A stretch of DNA of 64,000 nucleotides from Bacteroidota bacterium (GCA_016721435.1 JADKIC010000005.1:48157-112156), one strand, 5' to 3'; numbered from the stretch's first letter, positions 10,144-21,532 are shown. Notes: generated by a model from the sequence alone, not told the origin. Numbers and translations: made by a program.

Positions 10144-10460
10144 AAAAAATATTTAAATTTTGTGGGTTGTTAATACAAAAAAGCCCCAATTGAAGATTTC
10201 CTTTCGTGGTTTGGTAGCAGGACCACGTAAAACGCCGAATAAAGGGTTTCAGCAGGTAAAGGCTTCATTTATCATCCTACAGAACCTTTTACACAAAGCC
10301 TTCATTGCGGAAAAACGTGTACGGGATCGTTTAAGAAAAAAGAATTTCTCTTTACGCTTCTATGAAATGTTTAGTTTATTTAAGTCCTGTTGTATACACT
10401 GCCTCAGACAGATTAGAAAACCGGATAGCATTAACCAATGATCGATAATTGCATCAACAA

Positions 10461-11312
10461 TCAATGCTTCACCACCCATCTGGTATTCCGTTGCTGACCA
10501 CCGGTTTTCAGGACGCAATTATAAATACCTGCAGGCAGTGACCGGGCATCGATTTCAGCTTTATAGCGGCCGGCAATCATCTCTTGCTGAAGCACCTTTT
10601 GCACTAAAACACCCTGTACATTATACACGTTGATCTCCACTTCACCTTGTTCCTCCAATGAAAATGGCAATAATGAGATGCCGGAAGCGGGATTGGGTTG
10701 AGGGCTTGACAAATCCAGTCTGATCACGTCGGATTCTTCTCCTACACCCGTGCTTGTACTGAGGAGGATATCATCTATTTGCACAAATGAACCAACAGTT
10801 GCTAAACCCACTAAAGAAGAAATCGTCAGACTCAAAGCCGCTGTAACAGGAGTTCCTCCAATATTTGTAATGGGCACCACAGCCTGCACATAAACATTTG
10901 AATTATTTGCTGCCGTAATTGCTCCGGATCCTCCACCGGTTGTACCGGAAGCGGCATCGTAAAAGATCGCTGTTCCACTGAAGAAATCACTTGCAAGCAG
11001 ATTCGCCTTATAATAATACCTTAAACTACCGTAAGACTGACTCACAGGGAAGCCTGCTCCTCCGGCATTGCAAGTCAGCAGACCGGGAAATGGATTTCCA
11101 AATGCAGATAACACTTCCAGTTTTGCAGCTAATGACCCCCCATGTGCATCGCTTGTTTGGGTAACCGGAATAGCTGTTCCCACTACATTATTCGTGAGCC
11201 AGTTATTCGGATTACCTTGCGTCCATGTTTCCATTCCCGGATTAGGGACGGGATTTTGTGCGAGTGCAAATAGAGGAAGGCTTAAGCAGAGATTGAGTAA
11301 AATTGTTTTCAT
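10461..11312 (-). CDS. Secreted protein with a T9SS C-terminal sorting domain (Por_Secre_tail type)
   Basis: A 283-aa ORF with signal peptide MKTILLNLCLSLPLFALAQ. The C-terminal ~80 aa (...EVEINVYNVQGVLVQKVLQQEM...GIYNCVLKTGG...) match the type A T9SS C-terminal domain (CTD) pattern. Confidence 0.75.
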   Translation of the reverse strand: MKTILLNLCLSLPLFALAQNPVPNPGMETWTQGNPNNWLTNNVVGTAIPVTQTSDAHGGSLAAKLEVLSAFGNPFPGLLTCNAGGAGFPVSQSYGSLRYYYKANLLASDFFSGTAIFYDAASGTTGGGSGAITAANNSNVYVQAVVPITNIGGTPVTAALSLTISSLVGLATVGSFVQIDDILLSTSTGVGEESDVIRLDLSSPQPNPASGISLLPFSLEEQGEVEINVYNVQGVLVQKVLQQEMIAGRYKAEIDARSLPAGIYNCVLKTGGQQRNTRWVVKH

Positions 11313-11424
11313 GGTGATATGATTTAGAGTGGAATATCTTGCTAAAACTGTAATTCAAAAGTACTATTCTTAATGCATCCTCAAAACATTTTTTCATGCT
11401 ATCTCCCGTTTATTCTCCTCTCTC

Positions 11425-11446
11425 CCTGCTGAAAAGCAGGTTTTTT
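11425..11446 (+). terminator. Intrinsic-terminator-like hairpin (CCTGCT-GAAA-AGCAGG + T6) upstream of dut
   Basis: A perfect 6-bp stem with a GAAA tetraloop is followed by TTTTTT on the + strand. No annotated + strand gene lies upstream of it. Confidence 0.4.
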
Positions 11447-11522
11447 AACAATTGAGGCAGGAAAAGACCTTGTTTCAGGTGATAAAGCTGCGCTGAAAAG
11501 CCTTAATTTCGTTGCCCGAACC

Positions 11523-11954
11523 ATGGAAGTAAAAATCATCAATCAATCGGGCCATCCATTGCCTGCTTACGAAACAATCGCCTCAGCGGGGATGGATCTT
11601 CGTGCAAACATAGAGGAATCGGTCATGGTTTCTCCTCTGCAAAGAGTAATCGTTCCCACGGGTTTGTTCATAGAACTACCTGTCGGTTACGAAGCGCAGG
11701 TACGACCAAGAAGCGGCTTAGCCTGGAAGCATGGGATTACCGTTCTCAACAGTCCGGGAACTATTGACGCCGACTATCGGGGCGAAATCAAGGTAATTCT
11801 CATCAATCTCAGTCAGGAGCCCTTCGAAATAAAGAATGGAGAACGAATTGCCCAAATGGTTATCGCAAAACACGAAAGAGTCGAATGGTCGGAAACCTCT
11901 GATTTACAAGACACAAGCAGAGGAGCAGGCGGATTTGGCTCCACAGGTCGATAA
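11523..11954 (+). CDS. dut: dUTP diphosphatase
   Basis: A 143-aa ORF carrying the five dUTPase motifs: [33 protein letters not shown] and [11 protein letters not shown]. Confidence 0.95.
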   Translation: MEVKIINQSGHPLPAYETIASAGMDLRANIEESVMVSPLQRVIVPTGLFIELPVGYEAQVRPRSGLAWKHGITVLNSPGTIDADYRGEIKVILINLSQEPFEIKNGERIAQMVIAKHERVEWSETSDLQDTSRGAGGFGSTGR

Positions 11955-12062
11955 GGCATCTTCCGCATTAACAGATTTCTAAAAACATCATTGCTTTCGA
12001 ATTATATAAATATCGCTTGAAGAAAATCAGTTCAATTCACTACTCACGCAACTAAACCCTCT

Positions 12063-13064
12063 ATGAGAATTATTGTTCCAATGGCCGGCATGGGCAAACG
12101 CATGCGTCCTCACACACTTACCACACCGAAGCCGCTGGTACCTGTGGCCGGGAAACCGATCGTTCAGCACCTGGTAGAGGATATCATTCGCATGTGCAAT
12201 CAGAAAGTGGAAGAAATCGCCTATGTAGTCGGGCATTTCGGAGAGGAGGCAGAGAAAAATCTGATCAAAATTGCAGAAGATCTGGGCGCAAAAGGAACGA
12301 TACATTATCAGGATACTCCTCTGGGAACTGCGCATGCCATTCTTTGTGCTGAGTCGGCTCTTCGCGGTCCGGTAGTAGTAGCTTTTGCAGATACACTCTT
12401 CAGTGCTGATTTCCGCATGGATGCGGACTGCGATGGCGTTATATGGGTAAAGCAAATAGAAGATCCCCGTCAATTTGGTGTGGTGAAAACAGGTGCAGAT
12501 GAAGTCATCACTGATTTTGTTGAGAAGCCACAAGACTTCGTTTCTGACCTCGCCATCATTGGCATTTATTATCTGAAAGATGGAGAAAATTTACGCAACG
12601 AACTCCAGTATTTAATTGATAACAACATCAAGGATAAAGGAGAATATCAGTTGACCAATGCCCTCGAAAACATGAAGGCCAAAGGAAAGCGACTCAAAGC
12701 CGGAAAGGTAGATGAATGGCTCGATTGCGGAAATAAGGATGCCACCGTATTTACTAATCTGCGTGTTCTTGAAATTAAATATCCGAACAATCACATCTCC
12801 TCCACAGCCAAAGTGCACAATAGCATTGTCATTCCACCCTGCTATATCGGCGACGGTGCGGTGATAGAAGCTTCGGTTGTAGGTCCACATACCAGTATCG
12901 GCGCGCACAGTAAGATCCAGCAGAGTCTGGTCAAAAACAGTATTATCCGCGACCACAGCACTATAAAAGAAGCAGCCATCAACAATTCACTGATGGGGAG
13001 CCACGTTCACTATAAAGGCGTTCTCCGTGACTTAAGCATGGGTGACTACACCACCGAATCATAA
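12063..13064 (+). CDS. Sugar-phosphate nucleotidyltransferase with a C-terminal left-handed beta-helix-like region
   Basis: A 333-aa ORF. The N-terminal signature VPMAGMGKRMRPHTLTTPKPLVPVAGKP (GxGxR...K) is typical of NTP_transferase enzymes. Confidence 0.8.
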   Translation: MRIIVPMAGMGKRMRPHTLTTPKPLVPVAGKPIVQHLVEDIIRMCNQKVEEIAYVVGHFGEEAEKNLIKIAEDLGAKGTIHYQDTPLGTAHAILCAESALRGPVVVAFADTLFSADFRMDADCDGVIWVKQIEDPRQFGVVKTGADEVITDFVEKPQDFVSDLAIIGIYYLKDGENLRNELQYLIDNNIKDKGEYQLTNALENMKAKGKRLKAGKVDEWLDCGNKDATVFTNLRVLEIKYPNNHISSTAKVHNSIVIPPCYIGDGAVIEASVVGPHTSIGAHSKIQQSLVKNSIIRDHSTIKEAAINNSLMGSHVHYKGVLRDLSMGDYTTES

Positions 13065-13066
13065 CA

Positions 13067-14820
13067 ATGAAGCATATACGAAATCTTTACCTACTGCTCC
13101 TTTTACCATTGTTGTTCCTGACAGCATGCGGGACGACTAAAAAACTTCAGGAAGCAGTGCGGCCGCTCCGAAGCAAGGAGGGAGCAATCTCAAGGAAACC
13201 GACAAGATCAATGCTACTTATGCATTTTTTGAAGGGCAAAAAGAAAAGGTAACCGGTAATGAACAGAAGGCAGTAGAGAAATTCGCGCAATGTTTACGGA
13301 TAGATCCCAAAAATCATGCAGCCATGTTTGAGCTGGCGGCGATCTATAATCAAAAATCAAAAATCAGTGATGCCCTCTTCTTTGCAAAAAGTGCGGCTGA
13401 GCTGGATCCGAAAAACGAATGGTATCAACTTTTGCTTGCCAATACCTACGAAAAAAGCGGCAAGTTCAATGATGCAGTTGTCATCTATGAACAGCTCTAC
13501 AAATTACATCCCGACAGAGTAGAATATCTTTTCAATGCTTCAGATGCCTACCTCATGCAGGGAAAACTCAACGAGGCGATAAAACTCTACGATAAGATTG
13601 AAGAAAAAATCGGAGTGAACCGGGAGATGATTCAGCAAAAGCAGCGGCTCTACCTGAAGATGGGAAAAGTGAATGAGGCAGCGGCTGAGCTGGAGAAGCT
13701 GATTCAATCAGAACCGGGAAATCTTGATAATTATTCACTGCTGGTAGAACTCTGGCAGGTAAATAATCAACCGGAGAAAGCACGCGCAACCATTAAGAGA
13801 ATGGAGGCCATTGATCCGGATAACCCGGGTATCGCTCTTGCTTTGGCAGAGCAGTTCCGCAGTGAAGGTGATCGTGCAGCATCCTTTGAACAGCTTAAAA
13901 AAGCATTTGCCTCTCCTCAGTTGGCAAGTGAGGTGAAAATCCGCATCCTGACCAGTTATCTTCCTTTAGTAGAGACAAGTCCTGAGATGATGGATCAATC
14001 GTTAGCATTAAGTAAATTACTCAGTCAAACACATCCGGGAGAAGCCAATCCGCAATCTGTTTATGCTGACTTTTTAAATATCAATAAACAATACAGTGAG
14101 GCGCGAACATTATACAGAGCAAGTTTAGCTATCGACAAGAAAAATCTGCAAGCCTGGCAACAATTGCTGATTATAGAATCCGAGTTGAGGGATTATGCAT
14201 CGATGGAGCAGGAAGCAGAAGAAGCGCTGGGTCTCTTTCCGGATCAGAGTGTCTTGTATCTCTTCAGTGGCATAGCAGCGAGTCAGAATAAAAATTATGA
14301 AACGGCAGCGAAGAAATTGTTGAGTGGAAGCAAGCTGGTCGTGGATAATGACCAGCAGCTCATGGAATTTTATTCGAATCTGGGAGATGTTTACGATAAA
14401 CTGAAAAAATTTGAAGACTCTGATAAATACTACCAGAAGGCGATCAACATAGACGGGAATAATGTGTATGTTTTAAACAACTGGTCGTATTACCTGAGTC
14501 TGAGAAATGAACAACTCGAGAAAGCCGCGGAAATGTCGAAGCGCTCGAATGAACTCAGTCCGAATAACCCTTCCTTCCTCGACACCTATGGCTGGATTTT
14601 ATACATGCAGGCGAAGTACAGTGATGCATTGATTTGGTTAGATAAAGCAATCGCTGCAGGAGGAGCGGAAAACGGAACTATTCTCGAGCATTATGGAGAT
14701 ACTCTTTTCAAACTCGGAAAAATAACAGAGGCGTTTGATTATTGGACACGCGCAAAGAAGACCGGCGATCATACGGAACTTCTTGATAAAAAAATCAACG
14801 ATAAAAAACTCTATGAGTAA
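13067..14820 (+). pseudogene. TPR-repeat lipoprotein, with the signal peptide separated from the TPR body by one frameshift
   Basis: ORF 13067..13252 encodes the lipoprotein signal MKHIRNLYLLLLLPLLFLTAC. The TPR frame is open from 13141 (…DKINATYAFFEGQKEKVTGNEQKAVEKFAQCLRIDPKNHAAMFELAAIY…) but has no start codon before 13324. The two frames overlap at 13141-13252. Confidence 0.7.
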
Positions 14821-15649
14821 TTACCGGTGGCTGCACATGCTGGCAGTCATTCTCTTACTGACGGCAGCATCATGTAAATCGAGGCAGAAACTTCCTTCGG
14901 TTCCCGGAACGGCTATCCGTCCCATGGAGAATGAATCGGTTGCAGAACTCATGAACCGTCTTGACTCTTCTGCTTTTAATGCGAACTGGATAAACGCGAA
15001 GGCCAGTGTCACTACCATTCAGGAAGGCAGTGAAACATCCTTCAATATTTCCTTACGGGCCAAGCGTGACAGTATCATCTGGATTTCCATCTCCCCCTTG
15101 CTGGGCATTGAAGTCGCAAGGGTAATAATTACATCCGATTCCGTAAAATTTCTGGACCGTTTGCACAGCAAGTATCAGGTAAACACTTTTGAAACCATCA
15201 ACAAGCTCCTGCAACTCAAAGTTAATTTTGAAATTGTGCAAGCGCTGATGTATGGTAATTTCTTCGCCTACAAGAAAAATGAAAACCGGTTCAATTCCGT
15301 TTATCTGGAAGATAAATATTACATCTTGAGTTCACTCAACAAGAAAAAACTGAAACGTTCTCTTGAAGAAAAAGATCTGAATAAACCGGTAATTCAGGAT
15401 GTTTATATTAACAGCGGCTATTATAGAATAATTAAAATGTCGGTGGAAGATCAGAAAATCGGCAAGACCTTATTGACAGAATATGATGATTTCCGGATAA
15501 CGGATGCCGGACAGTTTCCTTTTAAATCGAAAACAAAAATTACTGCTGAAAAGGATTTTGAAATACAAATTGAATACGGAAAATTAAATGTAGGACAAGA
15601 ACAAGAGTTCCCCTTCACGGTTCCTTCCAACTATGAGCGCGTTCGTTAA
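14813..15649 (+). CDS. DUF4292-family (LolB-like) lipoprotein
   Basis: The likely start is MSNYRWLHMLAVILLLTAASC (ATG 14813, overlapping the TPR gene stop as ATGAGTAA). The TPR / DUF4292 / M23 gene order is conserved in Bacteroidota. Confidence 0.6.
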   Translation: MSNYRWLHMLAVILLLTAASCKSRQKLPSVPGTAIRPMENESVAELMNRLDSSAFNANWINAKASVTTIQEGSETSFNISLRAKRDSIIWISISPLLGIEVARVIITSDSVKFLDRLHSKYQVNTFETINKLLQLKVNFEIVQALMYGNFFAYKKNENRFNSVYLEDKYYILSSLNKKKLKRSLEEKDLNKPVIQDVYINSGYYRIIKMSVEDQKIGKTLLTEYDDFRITDAGQFPFKSKTKITAEKDFEIQIEYGKLNVGQEQEFPFTVPSNYERVR

Positions 15650-16871
15650 GAAATTTTCTATTCTACTTACTATCCTGTTATTGATGACAGGAAGTGTTCT
15701 TGTTGCGCAAAACAAAAAGGAGCTTGAAAACAAGAAAGCCAAACTTCAAAAGGAAATTGACTTCACCAACAAGCAACTGAAGATCGTTGAAAAAAATAAA
15801 AATGCAACGGCGGAGCAACTCGGTGCATTGAGGAAAAAGATTCAATTGCGCGAAGCGTTGATCGGAACCATCAACTCGGAAATTTCAGTGTTGGGTGGAG
15901 AGATTGCATCTACCGGTAAGGAAATAAATAATCTGGAGGAACAATTGCAGCAGCTACGCAATGAGTATGCGAGCATGATCCGTTACGCCTGGAAGAACCG
16001 GAATGTATACCAGCAACTCATGTTCGTTTTCGCTGCAAATGATTTCAATCAGGCCTATAAGCGTATGAAATATCTCCAGCAATATGGAGAATACCGCAGG
16101 CTTCAGGCAGATCAAATCACCAATACGCAAAATCTACTCAACGGAAAGAAAACCGAACTGGAGCAGCGGAAGGAGGAGAAGACAAGTCTGAGAAACACGG
16201 AACAAAAGCAGAAAAGCACATTACTCAAAGAAAAGCAGGATCAGGATAAGTTACTCAAAAACCTCACCGATCGTGAAAAACGACTGCGCAAAGAGTTAGC
16301 AGATAAACAAGCGGCCAAACAAAAGCTAGACAGGGCCATCGAAAAAATTATCAGAAAGGAAATCGAAGCCGCGAAGAAGAAAGCGACTGCTGCAGGAAAG
16401 AAAAATGTTACTAACAGCAACGTCTTTACGTTAACTCCTGAAGCTGCAAAACTTTCTAATAGCTTTTCGGGAAACAAAGGTGCCTTGCCCTGGCCAGTGG
16501 AACAGGGAATTATCACAGGAACATTTGGTGAGCATCCGCATAAAGAATTTAAAAATATTGTCATAAAAAATAACGGCTTAGATATTCAATCGGCAAAAGG
16601 TGCACGTGCCCGCGCCATTTTTGAAGGAACGGTGAGCGGAATAGTTTCCATTCCCGGTGCAGGGAAGGCCGTTATCATCCGCCATGGCGACTACTTAACG
16701 GTATATTCCAATATGGAAACGGTATCTGTTAGTTCCGGCGACAAAGTCAGTACCAAGCAAGCTATAGGTACCATTGGCACCTCATCCGAAGAATCAAGAG
16801 GAGAAATCCACCTGGAGATCTGGAAAAACACCTCGAAACTCGATCCCAAAGTTTGGCTGGCGAAACGGTAA
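15633..16871 (+). CDS. EnvC-like murein hydrolase activator (coiled coil plus degenerate LytM/M23 domain)
   Basis: A 412-aa ORF with a signal peptide and a long K/E/Q-rich coiled coil. The C-terminal LytM domain reads NNGLDIQ in place of the HxGxD motif, followed by EIHLEIW. Confidence 0.75.
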   Translation: MSAFVKKFSILLTILLLMTGSVLVAQNKKELENKKAKLQKEIDFTNKQLKIVEKNKNATAEQLGALRKKIQLREALIGTINSEISVLGGEIASTGKEINNLEEQLQQLRNEYASMIRYAWKNRNVYQQLMFVFAANDFNQAYKRMKYLQQYGEYRRLQADQITNTQNLLNGKKTELEQRKEEKTSLRNTEQKQKSTLLKEKQDQDKLLKNLTDREKRLRKELADKQAAKQKLDRAIEKIIRKEIEAAKKKATAAGKKNVTNSNVFTLTPEAAKLSNSFSGNKGALPWPVEQGIITGTFGEHPHKEFKNIVIKNNGLDIQSAKGARARAIFEGTVSGIVSIPGAGKAVIIRHGDYLTVYSNMETVSVSSGDKVSTKQAIGTIGTSSEESRGEIHLEIWKNTSKLDPKVWLAKR

Positions 16872-16887
16872 TGCGGGCGTCTGTGTA

Positions 16888-16975
16888 ATGACAGGTCGCG
16901 ACCTGTCATAAGAAGCCGGTGACAGGTCGCGACCTGTCACATACAGACTGGCAGTGACAGGTCGCGACCTGTCAC
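16888..16975. repeat. Three REP-type perfect palindromes (GTGACAGGTCGCGACCTGTCAC family)
   Basis: Copies lie at 16888-16909, 16919-16940 and 16954-16975, in the gap between two convergent genes. The core GACAGGTCGCGACCTGTC is an 18-bp perfect palindrome. Confidence 0.95.
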
Positions 16976-16977
16976 TA

Positions 16978-17619
16978 CTACACCAACCCCTGATTAATCG
17001 CTTTCGCCACCGCTTCCGTCATACTGGCAACATGCAGTTTTTCGTATATGTTTTTCATGTGTGAACGAACGGTTTCATAGCTGATATGGCAGGTGTCTGC
17101 AATCATTTTATAACTCATCCCTTTCACGAGGCAACTTAAAACTTCCTTCTCTCGGTTGGATAAATTATAGTCCGGAATGACTTTGCTTATAACGGGAGGA
17201 GCCTGCAAAAATCCAAGCACTTTTCGGGCAACGGAAGGACTCATGGGTGAACCACCTTGATATACTTCGATGATGGACTCAAGGATGCGTGCGGGCAAGG
17301 TGTTTTTCAAAATATAGCCCGAAGCACCTGCACAAATGGCATTAAAGACTTTATCATCATCTTCAAAGGAAGTCTGCATCAGGACATTTAACTTCGGAAA
17401 TGATTTTTTAATCATCTTGACGGCTTCAATGCCATTCACCTTCGGCATTTCGATATCCATCATGACCACATCAGGTTCACTGGTGTTGATTTTATCTTCC
17501 AGGTTTTCGCAATCCGTATAGGCTCCGCAGAGAAAAAATCCCGGTGCATCCTCTATGAGAAGAGACATGGAATCAAGGAAGAGAGCATTGTCATCGAAGA
17601 TGGCTACACGAACGGACAT
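16978..17619 (-). CDS. Response regulator, NarL/LuxR family
   Basis: The ORF is 16978..17655, and the likely start is MSVRVAIFDDN (17619). The receiver domain contains DVVMMDIEMP. The C-terminal HTH is LSNREKEVLSCLVKGMSYKMIADTCHISYETVRSHMKNIYEKL. Confidence 0.9.
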   Translation of the reverse strand: MSVRVAIFDDNALFLDSMSLLIEDAPGFFLCGAYTDCENLEDKINTSEPDVVMMDIEMPKVNGIEAVKMIKKSFPKLNVLMQTSFEDDDKVFNAICAGASGYILKNTLPARILESIIEVYQGGSPMSPSVARKVLGFLQAPPVISKVIPDYNLSNREKEVLSCLVKGMSYKMIADTCHISYETVRSHMKNIYEKLHVASMTEAVAKAINQGLV

Positions 17620-17736
17620 GGATTGCTTTTTTTTCGTTGGAAAGATATTAAACAAAAAGAATTATTTGCCTGCTGATACCTTTTGAAATTAATATACATA
17701 CAAAGGACGAAGATCTGATCCTTGTAAACAATCCCC

Positions 17737-19665
17737 TTATTTGGGGATTTTAAGAGATACAGACGTCCCGGAGCTATCAGAATGTATAAAAATTACTCCT
17801 CTTGATTCTTTAGCTCTGTTTCTGATATTCCGAAGTCCGTTGCCTGATTTGACGTTGTCCGGATTAAACCCACATCCATTGTCGTTAATACTCATCTTCC
17901 ACCCCTGCTCATTTTCTTCCAATTCCACTCTCACACGAGTAGCACCGGAGTATTTCGCGCTATTATTTATCGCTTCTTTGAATATCATAAATATACTTTT
18001 TCTGGCACCCGGAGGCAGTTCGCCTGAAGGATTTACTTTGGCAATGTTAAAATCGAATTCCATACCCTTTGATTGAAGAAGTGTACTGGCAAAAGATTCC
18101 ATCTTGGCAATTAAATGACGATTATCATCATTTACAGGATTTATGGCCCAAACGATGTCACTCATAGTATTCATCGTTGTGCGGGCATTGGAACCGATTT
18201 GTTCCAGTAATTTTACTGCCCGTTGATGATCCCCTAAACGCAATTTTTGCGCAGCCGAGTCGCTATAAATGCTTATGCTGCTAAGTGTGGCGCCAATATC
18301 GTCATGTAAATCCGCAGCTATGCGATCTCTCTCCTCAATATTATGAAGAATCAGACGACGTTTTTCCTCTGCTTCCTTGTGCAGTTTTTCCTGATAAATG
18401 CGCTGCTCCCTTTCCAATAGTCGTGCTTTAATCACCAATCCCGCATTAAAGACAATCATCTCTGCAATCACACCGATCATGGTCAACTCCAACGGTGTTA
18501 CCGGTAGAAATTCATACAGCCATTTCGAATAGGTAGAGAAGTTGGCAATCAAACTCGTAAAAAGTGCAAGAACACTTCCGGCCACTAGAATCCTTGAAAG
18601 GATGTTCCTGAGCAAATAGACTTTAAAGATAAAGTAAACAGAAGCTATCAGCAAGGATACCAATCCAAAAAATAAAATGAATTGAAAAATAGCAGATGAT
18701 GCATTTAAGTAAATACAAATGAACAGCAAGAAACAAATCATTAACACACCTTTCTCCGCTATCTTAATCTTCCTTGCCAACTTTGGGTCCTGCTTTTCGA
18801 TTTCACAATAATGACGGGCAAAACGGTAATAAAAAAAGTAAGGAATATAGAGCAGAATATTGCTTCTTATAAAATTGATCGACGGGAAAAAAGTAAAAAA
18901 GATGTCCCAGTTTAAGGCAAGTTCATATTTTGAAAGATAATACATCCCAATGCTGAATGCGTACAGCAAATAATATAAATATTCAATGCGTCGGGTGTAG
19001 AGCCCTTGAACTCCGATAAAAAGTAATTGAAACAATAACATGCTTAAAAAAATAACGGCTATAGTAATTGTTTTTCTTATCTTGAAAAACGCATAGACTG
19101 ATTCTTTCAGGAAATCATCTTCTGTTGTCACAATAACAAATAAATTATCAATAGCAATTGGCTTTAAAGTCGGAACAATTTTAAGAATAACACGAACCTC
19201 TTCCTTTCCACCAATATATACCTCTGTTGTCCTACGCTGTGTATTTATCTGATGGCTGGAATTATAGATATTTCGTCCGGCAATCTTTAGACTATCGCCG
19301 GCGGGATATTTGAGAAGAAAGAGTAAAGTATCAGATAAAGGAGGCTCGAGGAGAAGTTTACGTAAGGTGTCAGAAGTATTGCTGATTGAAAAACTAATCC
19401 AAATGACTTTATCGATATCACCATTTTCCTTTAAGGAATCCAACTCGGAAACAGGACTTGCTTTGTAATAATTTAAAAAAGTATACTTCCCTCCTGAATC
19501 AACAAGTAACAATGATGCTGAAATTTCAATACCCTCCACTTTGGATAAAACACGCGTAGACAGAGTGTCAGCAATTGTCAAGGTTGACGAAAAGATCAGT
19601 ATACCGCTTAAGGTCAGCCGAATAATTTCCGACAACGAACGAGCAAATTTCTCCCAACATTTCAT
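17737..19665 (-). CDS. Sensor histidine kinase with a 7TM-DISM-type N-terminus, HisKA_3 and HATPase domains
   Basis: A 642-aa ORF with an extracytoplasmic domain and about 7 TM helices. The H-box is AADLHDDIGATLSSI. The ATPase motifs are EAINNSAKYS, NDNGCGF and GNGLRNI. Confidence 0.85.
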   Translation of the reverse strand: MKCWEKFARSLSEIIRLTLSGILIFSSTLTIADTLSTRVLSKVEGIEISASLLLVDSGGKYTFLNYYKASPVSELDSLKENGDIDKVIWISFSISNTSDTLRKLLLEPPLSDTLLFLLKYPAGDSLKIAGRNIYNSSHQINTQRRTTEVYIGGKEEVRVILKIVPTLKPIAIDNLFVIVTTEDDFLKESVYAFFKIRKTITIAVIFLSMLLFQLLFIGVQGLYTRRIEYLYYLLYAFSIGMYYLSKYELALNWDIFFTFFPSINFIRSNILLYIPYFFYYRFARHYCEIEKQDPKLARKIKIAEKGVLMICFLLFICIYLNASSAIFQFILFFGLVSLLIASVYFIFKVYLLRNILSRILVAGSVLALFTSLIANFSTYSKWLYEFLPVTPLELTMIGVIAEMIVFNAGLVIKARLLEREQRIYQEKLHKEAEEKRRLILHNIEERDRIAADLHDDIGATLSSISIYSDSAAQKLRLGDHQRAVKLLEQIGSNARTTMNTMSDIVWAINPVNDDNRHLIAKMESFASTLLQSKGMEFDFNIAKVNPSGELPPGARKSIFMIFKEAINNSAKYSGATRVRVELEENEQGWKMSINDNGCGFNPDNVKSGNGLRNIRNRAKESRGVIFIHSDSSGTSVSLKIPK

Positions 19666-19788
19666 TCTTCAACTAAAATAGTTTAAAAACTTCGAATAGC
19701 GAAATCCCTATTTTCGGGGATTGGATTTTTGAAGTGATGTCATCATTTTTGAAGAGGATAAAACTCCTCTCCTCCATCAAAATAAATT

Positions 19789-20890
19789 ATGAAAACTCAG
19801 CGCGCTCTCCGACTCCTCATCGTTTTTCTAGTTTTAAATTACCAACACCTCAATGCTCAACAAGCAGCAAAGGAAGAAATTAAAGCAACAGAATTTTCAG
19901 TGCCTGTTTCACCTGCATTCGCATTAATGGGAGCCGACCCGGCACTCGTATCCATGCCGGGCGTCATTCGTGATTTTAAAGTGGATTGGTCCTTTCGATC
20001 CTATCGTTTAAGCCCAAATATTTCTGTAGAAGCTCAACCGATATGGCTTTTTGCATATGACCGGCCGGAGTTAACCGCTTACCGTAAAGCAGGAAGATTC
20101 ATGAGGCAATTATCCACGCTCAGTGTTTCGTTAGGCACTTTACAATTAGATACCGTTCGAATTGTGGCTTATGCTCTTAAAATGAACTTGTTCCGAAGCA
20201 GGGACCCCCTAACGGATTCCTCATACATGAGCCAGGGAATGCAGGAAGTATTGGCTCAGGAAAACGCGCTCAAACTCCAAATGGAAGAGATGAAAAAGGT
20301 CTGGATACCATTACCGATACTTATCAGCGCATTCAGACTGAAAACCAGATCCTGAATACGGAGTCGCAAATTATCAATATGAGAGCCAATACCCATGCAA
20401 GAGTAAAAGAATTGCGGGAAATGTATTTGCGTAGTTACTGGAATTCGGCTTGTATTGATTTGGCTTTCGGACAGTCCTATAGTTATATCAACGAAAGTCT
20501 GGATAGTCTCGACCTCAGCAGAAGAGGATATGGTATTTGGATTACAGGAGGCGTCGGAGCAGGAAAAAAAACTTTCTTCAGCGGACTGGTGAAATATCAG
20601 AAACTCACTGATACACAAACCGGACAGCAATACGGTATTAATTTCAGATATGGCAGCAACAAGTTTCGCTTTTTACTGAGGCGATGTATGAAAAAACAGA
20701 GGATAAACTGGTCAATGAATTGCAGGAGAAATTCAAGGTCGTTAATGAAGGATTCATCTTTGCATATGGAGGTGATCTGAAAATAAATAACAATGTGGTG
20801 CTTGGATTTTCCTTGCGTACTGTGTACAACAGCGATTTAAAATTCGTCAACCTGATTCCTGTGGCTAACATTGGTTGTTTAATGCGATAA
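19789..20890 (+). pseudogene. Secreted protein of unknown function (possibly outer-membrane), with two frameshifts
   Basis: The ORFs 19789..20355, 20379..20780 and 20684..20890 read continuously if A5 (20293-20297) and T5 (20670-20674) each gain one base: ...EEMKK|GLDTITDTYQ... and ...NKFRF|FTEAMYEK... The signal peptide is MKTQRALRLLIVFLVLNYQHLNAQ. Confidence 0.55.
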
Positions 20891-21190
20891 ATACCACCAG
20901 TATTGGGGATTGATTGTCGCTCCGGGAGCAACGATATTTGCACTGTTAATTCTATATGCACTTCTTTGGTCGGAAGTAATATATTCATCATTACATTTTA
21001 AAAGCGCTGTTCACTTGGGTTTGGGTGTTCAGCGCTTATTTATTTAAGCTATTTCTCTTATATACCACTGACCCGTAAAATTAAGTTTTTACTTATCGTA
21101 TTGATTACTAAATATATAAAACAAGAGCAGTCATCATTTATCTTCGTTTTGAAATTAAAATGAATATCTTTGTACTGTAATAAATTGAAA

Positions 21191-21397
21191 ATGAACTTAA
21201 CAATATTACTCGGATTTCTTGGAGGCATGGGAACAACAGAAATTATTATGATAATTGTGGTGATCCTCTTGTTTTTCGGAGGAAAGCGCATACCGGAACT
21301 TGCAAAAGGACTTGGCAGAGGTATCAAAGAATTCAAGGATGCTTCAAAAGGTGTCGCTGGTGAAGATGAATCAAAGAAAATAGAGGAAAGAAAATAA
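21191..21397 (+). CDS. tatA: Twin-arginine translocase subunit TatA/E
   Basis: A single TM helix followed by an amphipathic helix: [35 protein letters not shown]. The start could be 21170, 21191 or 21227. Confidence 0.85.
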   Translation: MNLTILLGFLGGMGTTEIIMIIVVILLFFGGKRIPELAKGLGRGIKEFKDASKGVAGEDESKKIEERK

Positions 21398-21413
21398 AAA
21401 TCCTTCTCATTAA

Positions 21414-21455
21414 AAGAGGCTGTCTTATTATCAGGCAGCCTCTTTTGTGTTTTTA
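21414..21455 (+). terminator. Intrinsic terminator after tatA
   Basis: The stem AAGAGGCTG ... CAGCCTCTT (9 bp) is followed by TTGTGTTTTT. Confidence 0.7.
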
Positions 21456-21532
21456 AATGCTTCTTGAAAGAAGATAAGAATTGAAATACTTGATTTTTTA
21501 ATCCATTAAAAGTTCAATTCTCCCCGGGAAAA

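Noticed and set aside
10160-10441. A 93-aa + strand ORF in the EPS operon leader.
   Set aside because: It is a lysine/arginine-rich translation of AT-rich leader DNA with no motif. It is more likely non-coding regulatory sequence.
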